A stretch of 57,949 nucleotides of DNA, from positions 1 through 57,949 of the forward strand of contig JAQUKH010000014.1 of the NCBI GenBank assembly GCA_028719205.1, given 5' to 3'. This DNA comes from a bacterium (GTDB lineage Bacteria; JACRDZ01; JAQUKH01). Below, in pieces: positions 1 through 8,176 of this stretch (positions are counted from its first letter, which is position 1; each line of letters begins with the position of its first letter). The position numbers were made by a program, and so were the translations under genes. The notes under the pieces were generated by a model. That model saw only the letters and a list, made by a program, of their open reading frames with translations, had not been told where the DNA came from and searched no databases.

Positions 1-358
1 CAAGTGTGTTAATGACCATATCGACATCCTCTTTAACACCGCGGCACATCGCCAATATCTCTACATCTTTTCTTATCTCTCCGCGTTTTTGGGCTTGAAC
101 GATCAACTGCAGGGCCTTACAATCGGATTCGCCGTTCACAGGGAACGCGACATCCATTACATGGACGCCCATATCACTCAAAAATTTTGCCATCTCCAGT
201 TTACCTTCAGGGCTGAACGCCACACCAGGCATCTGCTCGCCGTCACGAAGCGTATCATCATAAATACGAATATCTGAAGGATTTGGAAATTTTAATTTTT
301 TGGTGAATGTTTTTGGTAATCTGACTAATTTATCAATTGGTTCACGAAATTCGATCAT
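1..358 (-). CDS. DRE-TIM metallolyase, LeuA/homocitrate/citramalate synthase family (5' part only; runs off window edge)
   Basis: Not in ORF track. Manual translation from ATG 358: MIEFREP...IRIYDDTLRDGEQMPGVAFSPEGKLEMAKFLSDMGV; D-T-LRDGEQ signature; GGGAG RBS upstream. Confidence 0.9.
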   Translation of the reverse strand, partial: MIEFREPIDKLVRLPKTFTKKLKFPNPSDIRIYDDTLRDGEQMPGVAFSPEGKLEMAKFLSDMGVHVMDVAFPVNGESDCKALQLIVQAQKRGEIRKDVEILAMCRGVKEDVDMVINTL

Positions 359-368
359 TGAAACTCCC

Positions 369-419
369 GTAGGGGCATCTGCCCAAATTAAGAGGGCGAA
401 CACATGGGTTCGCCCCTAC
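369..419. repeat. GTAG-family REP doublet
   Basis: GTAGGGGCATCTGCCC...GGGCGAACACATGGGTTCGCCCCTAC, two inverted REP hairpins. Confidence 0.8.
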
Positions 420-423
420 AATA

Positions 424-1731
424 TTATTTCGCCAGGTCATACCCTTTGCTTTTATCCCCGACAACGCCCCATTTTTGGATAGCCGCGTTTAATTCTTTAT
501 TTTTCTGACAGGCTTTCTCCAGCGGGATATTTTTCATTTCAGCTTCAATTGCCTGATGGAATGCCTTAACTCCTGCCTTAAGGCCCATCGGATGCCCGTG
601 AACTCCGCCGCCCGCCCCAATCAGAATATCAGTCCCGACATCATTCATCAATTTCCCGATCAAACCGGCATGAATCCCGGCCGAAGGGCATGGGAACACC
701 CTGTTCAGATGATAAAACGGCGAAAGTAATTCCTGCGCGATCCTGATGATCCTTTCTTTAAGCATTAACACCTTTCCGTAATGGCTCGGATAAACAACCA
801 TATCCGCCCCTGACAATCTCGCCAGTTTTCCGAGGACCAGATTTGAGCTCAATCCATAATTAGGCGATTCAAACATCGCACCGGCAAAATCCGGATGGCT
901 TAAGATCGGAACATTTATGCTTTTATCTTCAGCCAGCGCGCTCATCGCGGAAAAACCAACAGTATAAGTGTTGACCATCAGGGAATTCGCGCCGTTCTTT
1001 ATAGCCTTATGCGCCTTTTCAAACATCCTGTCATGGTTGTCGGTTATATTCACACTATACAAAACTTTTCTGCCGGTCTCGCTATAAATTTTTTCCGTCA
1101 TCTTTAAGCAGATCTCCAACCGCTCCGGAACAGTACAATAATCCGGATCAGCCAGCAGCTCATCATCCTTTATAATATCCACGCCCGCCATGCCTAATTC
1201 AAAAAACATTTTACCAAGCGCTTTAGGCGCCAGGCCCACACAAGGCTTAAACATAACCATAACCAGCGGCCGGTCCTTAACCTTCAATAACTTTCTCATT
1301 CCCTCAACCCCGAATTTAGGGCCGTTATAATTTTTAATATATGATAAAGGAAAATGGATATCCAGAAGCTTTAATTTCCCGGCCATGGAAATATTCCCGT
1401 AAAGCGCGGTTAAAACCTGCGGTATCTGCCCGTTTATATTTACAACCGGGAAACCGAGCATAAAAACAAAATTCCTGACCTTATTTTCAGGCAGGGCATC
1501 TTCATAATTCGGTATTTCATAAAGCCCAAGCACCCTTGCCCCGAATTTTTCAATTACATCTTCAGTCTCTTCAGGGACTTTGGTCCAGGTCCCGGTTGAC
1601 TGCTCTAAAGCCAGCGCCTCTACTTTTTTTAAAATATCATCCGTGGCAGTTTCGAGATGATATATGCCGATTATATAATCTTCCTGGTTTATGCCTTCTT
1701 TAATAGTAAAAAGTTTGCTGTTCAGATACAT
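424..1731 (-). CDS. RuBisCO-like protein (form IV RLP)
   Basis: DIIKDDE carbamylation motif, MFKPCVG (K177 equivalent is C), SHPDFAG, SAGIH, GGGVHGHPMG; overall MtnW/YkrW-like. Confidence 0.9.
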   Translation of the reverse strand: MYLNSKLFTIKEGINQEDYIIGIYHLETATDDILKKVEALALEQSTGTWTKVPEETEDVIEKFGARVLGLYEIPNYEDALPENKVRNFVFMLGFPVVNINGQIPQVLTALYGNISMAGKLKLLDIHFPLSYIKNYNGPKFGVEGMRKLLKVKDRPLVMVMFKPCVGLAPKALGKMFFELGMAGVDIIKDDELLADPDYCTVPERLEICLKMTEKIYSETGRKVLYSVNITDNHDRMFEKAHKAIKNGANSLMVNTYTVGFSAMSALAEDKSINVPILSHPDFAGAMFESPNYGLSSNLVLGKLARLSGADMVVYPSHYGKVLMLKERIIRIAQELLSPFYHLNRVFPCPSAGIHAGLIGKLMNDVGTDILIGAGGGVHGHPMGLKAGVKAFHQAIEAEMKNIPLEKACQKNKELNAAIQKWGVVGDKSKGYDLAK

Positions 1732-1747
1732 ATTTTCTCCTATAATA

Positions 1748-1992
1748 AGTCACAAGTTTTAAAGTCACCAAGTCACCAGTTAAAAACAATAACTCGTATT
1801 TTGTGATTTGATATTATATCAATAAAATCCAAAAATAATCTATTATTAATTTTCCCAAATATAATTTTATTAATTTTTGTAAAAATTCAATATACAAAAC
1901 AATCATTTTTTATTACAATATATGGAAAATAAGTTACAAAACCACCAGCTTTATTACTTGCTTGTGACTTGTGACCTTGTAACTTGCAACTT
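1748..1992. repeat. Degenerate GTCACAA / TTGTGAC heptamer arrays in inverted arrangement
   Basis: AGTCACAAG..GTCACCAAGTCACCAG at 1748-1780; CTTGTGACTTGTGACCTTGTAACTTGCAAC at 1961-1990. Confidence 0.65.
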
Positions 1993-1997
1993 TTAGT

Positions 1998-2073
1998 GGG
2001 GCTGTAGCTCAGTTGGGAGAGCGCCTCGTTCGCAACGAGGAGGCCGTCAGTTCGATCCTGATCAGCTCCACCA
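1998..2073 (+). tRNA. tRNA-Ala(CGC)
   Basis: GGGGCTG acceptor stem, CCTCG-TTCGCAA-CGAGG anticodon arm, GTTCGATCC T-arm, encoded CCA, 76 nt. Confidence 0.95.
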
Positions 2074-2200
2074 GATTTTCTGCCTCCGGCAGAAAATCAG
2101 AGCAATCGAAAATTGAAAATCGATATTTGAACAAAAAGTTTTTCGATTGCGGTCAACTTTCGATTATCGATTTTCAATAATACGGGATCGCATTTTTTTT

Positions 2201-3142
2201 ATGAAAAGAATATTCCTGCCTATTATTTTCTTTACTTTCCTTACAAACATCGCTTACCAGCAAACATCCTCAAGTATTATAATCGGCAGAATTATCGAGA
2301 CAGAAGGTGAATATGTTTTTTTAGAAATAGATAAAAACAAAAAAATCGCACTGGGCATGATCTTTGGTATTTATAACTCTGAGAATGAAGCCGTTGGGGT
2401 ATGCGAAATAAGCAAAATCGATAAAAATAATAATTATATTGCCCGTATTTTAACACAAACCGAAGAAATAAAAAAAGACTACACCGCGCTCGCGGATATC
2501 GAAAAAGAATATAAACTGAGAGAAAAAATAAAAGACCTGAAAACTTCCGCTAATTATTTGGACTCATATAAAAAATTTGAAGCCTCTTTAAATAAACCGA
2601 TCAACATGACAAATTCTGATACCCCGGCGATAAAAGACAAAATACTGTGTAAAATATTTAATCAATCATTGACATATGTTGGCCTCCAGATCTATAAATT
2701 TTCCAATCCCTTAATGACAGAAAAAGAAGAAACTGAGATCACGCCTTTAAACATTTACAGGGATATAATAGATGAATCCAGCAAATTAAAAATAGATAAT
2801 GTTAATAATAAAGTCAATATGGAAGCCAGTATTAATATCGGCAAACTGAAAAGACGGCTGCAAAGCAATGGATTTACATTAAAACCAAAAATTGTACGCC
2901 TGGTCTTCCCGACTGAAAATAACGCGGAAGTCATCAAACAGATCATTGATAAAATATTAAAATACTCAAATTACGCCTCGACAGAAAACGAAGATATAAA
3001 GGATATTACAAGCCCTGTTTCATTTATTATATATACTACTCCGAAAATTTTTGCCGATGAAATAAATACCTTTGATTTTGAGGATATCCGTATCACGCCT
3101 TCAAAAGTTTATGAAGATACAATTGAATTAAAAACCTGGTAA
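2201..3142 (+). CDS. Secreted hypothetical protein, paralog of next gene
   Basis: Signal peptide MKRIFLPIIFFTFLTNIAYQ from ATG 2201 (track starts 2147); collinear with 3183..4115. Confidence 0.8.
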   Translation: MKRIFLPIIFFTFLTNIAYQQTSSSIIIGRIIETEGEYVFLEIDKNKKIALGMIFGIYNSENEAVGVCEISKIDKNNNYIARILTQTEEIKKDYTALADIEKEYKLREKIKDLKTSANYLDSYKKFEASLNKPINMTNSDTPAIKDKILCKIFNQSLTYVGLQIYKFSNPLMTEKEETEITPLNIYRDIIDESSKLKIDNVNNKVNMEASINIGKLKRRLQSNGFTLKPKIVRLVFPTENNAEVIKQIIDKILKYSNYASTENEDIKDITSPVSFIIYTTPKIFADEINTFDFEDIRITPSKVYEDTIELKTW

Positions 3143-3182
3143 AACTTGACTGGAACCCATTTTAGGGATAGAATGTTGCTTC

Positions 3183-4115
3183 ATGAAAAAATTACTGTTA
3201 ATCCTGATCATTTTAGTTATTTTTACGAACGTCACCATCGGGCAAACATCCCCGACTATTATTCTTGGTGAAATTATAGATACAGAAGGTGAATATGTAT
3301 TTATTGATATTGATAAAGATAAAGAAATTGTTTTAGGCATGATCTTTGGTATTTACAACCTCGAGAACGAGGCTATTGGCGTATGTGAAATAAGCAAGGT
3401 CATAAAACAAGGAAATTATATCGCCCGCCTTTTGACACAGAGCGATGAGATAAAAAAAGGTTATTCTGTGCTGGCAGACATTGAAAGAGAATATAAACTT
3501 AGAGAAAAAATAAAAGAATTGAAAACTTCCACTTATTATTTAGATTCATTTAAGAAATTTAATGAATCGGAAAATAAACCGGTTGATATGAGAAACTCGG
3601 ATATCCCGGCAATAAAAGATAAAATACTTCGTAAAATATTCTGTCAATCAATGCAGTATCTGGGTATAGAAATTTCTAAATTTTCAAATCCATTTGAAAA
3701 GGAAGAAGAAATTATACCTCTGAACATTTATAGAGATATTCTGGATGAATCCAGTAAATTGAAAATTGATAATATTAATAACAGGATTAATATTGAATCT
3801 ACAATAAATATCGGAAAACTGAAAAGACGGCTGCAAATTAAAGGATACTCATTTAAACCAAAAATTATCCGCCTGGTTTTTCCGAATGAAAATAACGCGG
3901 AAATTATTAAACAAGTCATTGATAAAATGTTAAAATATTCGAATTATATCGCGAAAGAAACTGAAGAGATAAGGGATGTTACAAGCCCTGTTTCATGCAT
4001 CATATACACTACACCGAAAATTTTTGCCGACGAAATAAATACTTTTGATTTTGAAAACTTAGGCATTTCGGCATCAAAAGTTTATGAAGACACAATTGAA
4101 TTGAAAATCTGGTGA
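3183..4115 (+). CDS. Secreted hypothetical protein, tandem paralog
   Basis: Signal peptide; shares blocks such as TEGEYVF, PAIKDKIL, NIGKLKRRLQ, YTTPKIFADEINTFDFE. Confidence 0.85.
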   Translation: MKKLLLILIILVIFTNVTIGQTSPTIILGEIIDTEGEYVFIDIDKDKEIVLGMIFGIYNLENEAIGVCEISKVIKQGNYIARLLTQSDEIKKGYSVLADIEREYKLREKIKELKTSTYYLDSFKKFNESENKPVDMRNSDIPAIKDKILRKIFCQSMQYLGIEISKFSNPFEKEEEIIPLNIYRDILDESSKLKIDNINNRINIESTINIGKLKRRLQIKGYSFKPKIIRLVFPNENNAEIIKQVIDKMLKYSNYIAKETEEIRDVTSPVSCIIYTTPKIFADEINTFDFENLGISASKVYEDTIELKIW

Positions 4116-6859
4116 CAATGAAAAATAAACTTATTTGGTTAGTTTTTATCTTTTTTGTCTTTACCTCCTGTTATCAGGCAAGCGAATGGTATCAGACGCT
4201 CGAAAGTGATTTCAATATAGGGCTAAAAGAAAATATAGATACCCAAACTGATCCCGACCAGATCCAGCTTGCGATCAAAAACACGGGGAAAAAAGTATAT
4301 AACCTGTTATCCAGAAAAAATGGCGCGATAACCCAGTTTTTCCCGAGTGAATATACAAAAAGTTTTGACTCGGGCCCGGGCCAATTCCTTTTTGTTAATG
4401 ACGGCATAACTGACGCGGGGCTGAACAAAAATGCCAACTACCAAATAAGCGCTTACCTTTCAGATGACCTATCCGCTTATTCAAATCCTTTTCCTCAGGA
4501 TTTTATATTTAGCCTTCCCGAAAAGCAAACGATCTCCACATTTGTCCTGTATAACGGGCCGGGCAGCGACGCGGGCGGCGCGGATTCTGAAATTAATAAT
4601 TTCAAGCTGTATAGCAACAACGATGTTGTCACGCCGGACGATATACTTTCTATTGAAGAAGACGGAGGAGGCTGGTGTTATAAAGGTGTTTCAGGAGAGG
4701 ATATTGTTTTTCAGCCGCTTTCGCCAAAAAATGTTTTTGGCGACATTCCATTCGCTTCAAAACAAAAAAGCAAAGAGTTCTCGCGCGATACATGGGTTCA
4801 ATCTAAAGACCTGGAATTTAATTTAAATAAAGAAAATCCGAAATGGATCAAAATATATTTTAAAAAACCCACGGAAATTTCAAGTATATTTATCATGAGT
4901 GATGATGGGGCTAATGTTGACAATTTAGAAACAGATATATTCAATTTAGAAATTATCGTTCATTCTAACTCCTACGGGGACGAATCAGTATATGATAACA
5001 GCGATAATAAAATTGTGCAAAATGACTATTCCAAGGGCTTTTATAAAATATTCAATCCCGTATTGGCAAACGCGGTTACTATTAAATTCCACAGCCCAAA
5101 ATATGTTGAATGGCAAAAACTGATCATTTTTAAATCCCCATGGAAGGAAATAGTATCCGCAAAAGCCGATATCAAAGACAAGGATTACTCTCCTCAAGTA
5201 TTTACCTTTAATGCCACTGAACCATTTCAATATTTCAGATTATCGGTAGAAAGTAATCACGGAAACAAACGCTGGTTATCTTTTGGAGAAATAGAGGCGT
5301 ATTCTATCCTTCCCAAAAATATTGCCTCCTCTAAGAACGGAAGGGCTAAAATAATGTATACCACGCGCGGAGAAGGAAAAGAAATGCCTATGTCCGTGCT
5401 CAATAACGGGAAAATAACCTATAATGAAGGTTTTAATTTCGGTTTAGAACGGCCTGATACACTGCAATACGCTATTCTTGACCTCGGCGGAAGAAAAACA
5501 TTCAATCAGATCGCGCATTGGAATTGCGGCTGGTATGGGGCGCGTTCTGTAACGATTTATGCAAGCATGGACCTGGAAAATTGGAATAAAATAGGTTTGT
5601 ATGAAAACCTGAATTTAAGCAGGCCTCAAGCTGTTAATAAAGACACCTTTAACTTTGAACCTGTATCCGCGCGTTATGTAAAATTTGAATATAACTCAAA
5701 CAGCTGGAATTCTTATACCCTCAGAATAAGCGAATATGAAATTTTTTCCTGTCCGGTAGAATATGATCCATCCGGTTTGTATGTATCGCCTGTTTTAAAC
5801 TGCAAGCAGCCCGTAAAAATGGAATCGATCTCTTTCAACCAGGAACCGGAAGGCGATATTCCGTTAAATACTTCTATTGAACTTACCATAAAATCAGGAA
5901 CAAATAATAATTTATCCGGTACCCAAGCAATAAACACCTGGAAATTTGAAAATAATAACATCCCGAAAAGTATCTCTTTATCAGACAGCCATACAGGCAA
6001 TCAATATTTCCAATATCATGTAAAATTTAACACAAACATTCCGTTCATTACTCCGGTATTCAGCGATTTTAACCTTATTTACAAAACTCCGCAGGAACTT
6101 TACGCGGACGCGAATTATTGTTATGATATTGAAAAATATGAAGAGGCTTTAAAAAATATAAATATTTTCATCGAAAACTTTTCCGGGCAAACATGGATAG
6201 ACAAGGCTGCCGTTGACCTGAAAACCGCTATTTTACTCAAGATCGATGAAAAAGCTCAAAATATTTTTGATAAAGGAATGCAATCAGCCGGAGAAAATAA
6301 TCTGGAAATGGCGCAAAGAATATTACAATCAATTATCGCGCAATATCCGTCAAATAGTTTTAACGATAAAATTAAAATCCAGCTTGAAGAAATTGAAGCT
6401 CAAAAACAATATCAGGAATTAGTTTCTTCCTTTGAGAAAGATCCTGAGAACACAAGCATAAAATTAAAAGGCCTGTCAAATAATTTTCCTAAAACCAAAT
6501 GGGGGCAAACGGCTAAAGAAAAAGCTGAAGAATTTCTGGAAATAAAAATTAAAACATTATATGAACAAGGCATAGATCTTTTTAACGATAACAAATTCAT
6601 CGCGGCAAAAGGAATATTTGAAAAATTAATTGAAAAATTTCCTTTAAGTTCTTATGTCCAAAGAGCGGAGAACCAGATACTGGTCTGTAATGATAAAATT
6701 TTAGAGGATATGTTTTTCAAAGCATCTTCTTTATATAAAGAAGGCAATACGAAAGAGGCCGGCGAAATACTTTTTGATATGATCCAGATAAATCCCGGAT
6801 CCGAGTGGATAAAAAAATTACAAGGGATAATAGAAGAAAAAAATAATGAAAATAAATGA
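4112..6859 (+). CDS. Lipoprotein with discoidin (F5/8 type C)-like domains and C-terminal TPR/BamD-like repeats
   Basis: Lipobox FTSC; YFRLSV, ILDLGG..FNQI, PVSARYVKF motifs; repeated helical I..YP/FP.S units. Confidence 0.75.
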   Translation: MTMKNKLIWLVFIFFVFTSCYQASEWYQTLESDFNIGLKENIDTQTDPDQIQLAIKNTGKKVYNLLSRKNGAITQFFPSEYTKSFDSGPGQFLFVNDGITDAGLNKNANYQISAYLSDDLSAYSNPFPQDFIFSLPEKQTISTFVLYNGPGSDAGGADSEINNFKLYSNNDVVTPDDILSIEEDGGGWCYKGVSGEDIVFQPLSPKNVFGDIPFASKQKSKEFSRDTWVQSKDLEFNLNKENPKWIKIYFKKPTEISSIFIMSDDGANVDNLETDIFNLEIIVHSNSYGDESVYDNSDNKIVQNDYSKGFYKIFNPVLANAVTIKFHSPKYVEWQKLIIFKSPWKEIVSAKADIKDKDYSPQVFTFNATEPFQYFRLSVESNHGNKRWLSFGEIEAYSILPKNIASSKNGRAKIMYTTRGEGKEMPMSVLNNGKITYNEGFNFGLERPDTLQYAILDLGGRKTFNQIAHWNCGWYGARSVTIYASMDLENWNKIGLYENLNLSRPQAVNKDTFNFEPVSARYVKFEYNSNSWNSYTLRISEYEIFSCPVEYDPSGLYVSPVLNCKQPVKMESISFNQEPEGDIPLNTSIELTIKSGTNNNLSGTQAINTWKFENNNIPKSISLSDSHTGNQYFQYHVKFNTNIPFITPVFSDFNLIYKTPQELYADANYCYDIEKYEEALKNINIFIENFSGQTWIDKAAVDLKTAILLKIDEKAQNIFDKGMQSAGENNLEMAQRILQSIIAQYPSNSFNDKIKIQLEEIEAQKQYQELVSSFEKDPENTSIKLKGLSNNFPKTKWGQTAKEKAEEFLEIKIKTLYEQGIDLFNDNKFIAAKGIFEKLIEKFPLSSYVQRAENQILVCNDKILEDMFFKASSLYKEGNTKEAGEILFDMIQINPGSEWIKKLQGIIEEKNNENK

Positions 6860-8051
6860 AATTAAACAAATTCATAATTTATTTTCTAAAAATCTTGCCG
6901 TTAAAAAGAATGAAAACATATTGATATTCACGGATGCGAATGATCTCCCGCCTGCCGTCCGCCTGCCGGACGGGCAGGGACGGGCAGGTTCGCCCCTGCA
7001 AGAAATCACACAATTGATCGCGGAGGAAGGAAAAAAATTCGCGAATATAATACTTCATGTTTATCCATCAACAGGATCACACGGAGCGGAACCCCCGTTA
7101 TCGCTGTGGGAAATAGCTTTTGGCAGAGAAATAACCGGTAAATTCAGAAAACAAAAAATTCTCCGGCCGTTATTAAATAAAACGGCCACAGAAAAACAAA
7201 TTAAAATGGCGCATCGTATTGTAGGGGCGAACCCATGTGTTCGCCCTGTACCATTACGCCCTGTTTTGGGCAGACACATGGATCTGCCCCTACATCAAAA
7301 AATAAACGCCGTCATCGCCCTGTCCCGGTTTTCAACCACGCATACAAATTTCAGAAAACTTCTGACACAGTCTCTTGGTGTCCGGTATGCCAGCATGCCT
7401 CTTTTTGACGCTGAAATGCTTTCCGGCCCGATGGCCGTTGATGTCAATAAAATGGCTAAGAAAACTATTTCCATGGCAACAAAGTTAAGCCGCGCGAATA
7501 AAGCTCTGATCACTTCTTCCGATGGAACAAATCTTCATTTTAGTTTAAAAAAACGCGCGGGACAAGCGGATACCGGAATATTAGTAAAGGCCGGCGCAAT
7601 GAGCAACCTTCCCGCGGGCGAAGCTTATATCGCGCCGGTTGAAGGAACTGCGGAAGGAAAGCTTGTTGCCAAATTCAGCCAAACCAGAAAATTAATAAAA
7701 CCTTTAATATTCGAAATTGAAAAAGGAATGGTTAAAAATATTTCCGGAGAAAAAAAAACCAGCGAAAGACTTGAAAAGATCTTTGATAAATTTCCTAAGG
7801 CTCGCGTTTTAGCTGAATTCGGCATCGGAACTAACGAAAAGGCCAAACGGCCGGATAACATCCTGGAGGCAGAAAAGATCCTCGGCACAATCCATATTGC
7901 CTTTGGAGATAACTCAACGTTCGGCGGGAAAAATAAAGTGCCGTTCCATGAAGATTTTGTAATCTTTAAACCAACCGTAAAACTCTATTTTCAAGGCAAA
8001 AAAACTTTAACACTGATCAACCAAGGAAAAATAAAACTACCGGCACGTTAG
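6846..8051 (+). CDS. Aminopeptidase (M29/thermophilic metalloprotease-like) with two in-frame REP-derived inserts
   Basis: NLPAGEAYIAP, AEFGIGTN, EAEKILGTIHIAFGDN, H-x-D motifs. Confidence 0.88.
   Translation: MKINEIKQIHNLFSKNLAVKKNENILIFTDANDLPPAVRLPDGQGRAGSPLQEITQLIAEEGKKFANIILHVYPSTGSHGAEPPLSLWEIAFGREITGKFRKQKILRPLLNKTATEKQIKMAHRIVGANPCVRPVPLRPVLGRHMDLPLHQKINAVIALSRFSTTHTNFRKLLTQSLGVRYASMPLFDAEMLSGPMAVDVNKMAKKTISMATKLSRANKALITSSDGTNLHFSLKKRAGQADTGILVKAGAMSNLPAGEAYIAPVEGTAEGKLVAKFSQTRKLIKPLIFEIEKGMVKNISGEKKTSERLEKIFDKFPKARVLAEFGIGTNEKAKRPDNILEAEKILGTIHIAFGDNSTFGGKNKVPFHEDFVIFKPTVKLYFQGKKTLTLINQGKIKLPAR
6947..6988. repeat. 21-nt palindromic mini-element nested inside itself within a degenerate REP
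   Basis: CCCGCCTGCCG[TCCGCCTGCCGGACGGGCAGG]GACGGGCAGG = 42 nt; flanks rejoin to GCGAATGATCT|TTCGCCCCTGCA. Confidence 0.8.
7221..7293. repeat. REP doublet inserted in frame in aminopeptidase
   Basis: GTAGGGGCGAACCCATGTGTTCGCCC...GGGCAGACACATGGATCTGCCCCTAC. Confidence 0.85.
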
Positions 8052-8176
8052 TATACATATTAGTTCATGCCCCTATGCTCCATGCTTTCTTCACTTGTGA
8101 CTTGCCTGCCCGCCGTAGGAGGGTGACTTTGCAACTTCCGACTCTTTTTAACGCCATGCTCTATGCCCCATGCTTT

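Noticed and set aside
89-482. Plus-strand ORFs 89..277 and 300..482
   Set aside because: Antisense shadows of the LeuA-family gene and the REP
424-1731. Carboxylating RuBisCO
   Set aside because: K177 equivalent is Cys, MtnW-like motifs, no small subunit or phosphoribulokinase in view
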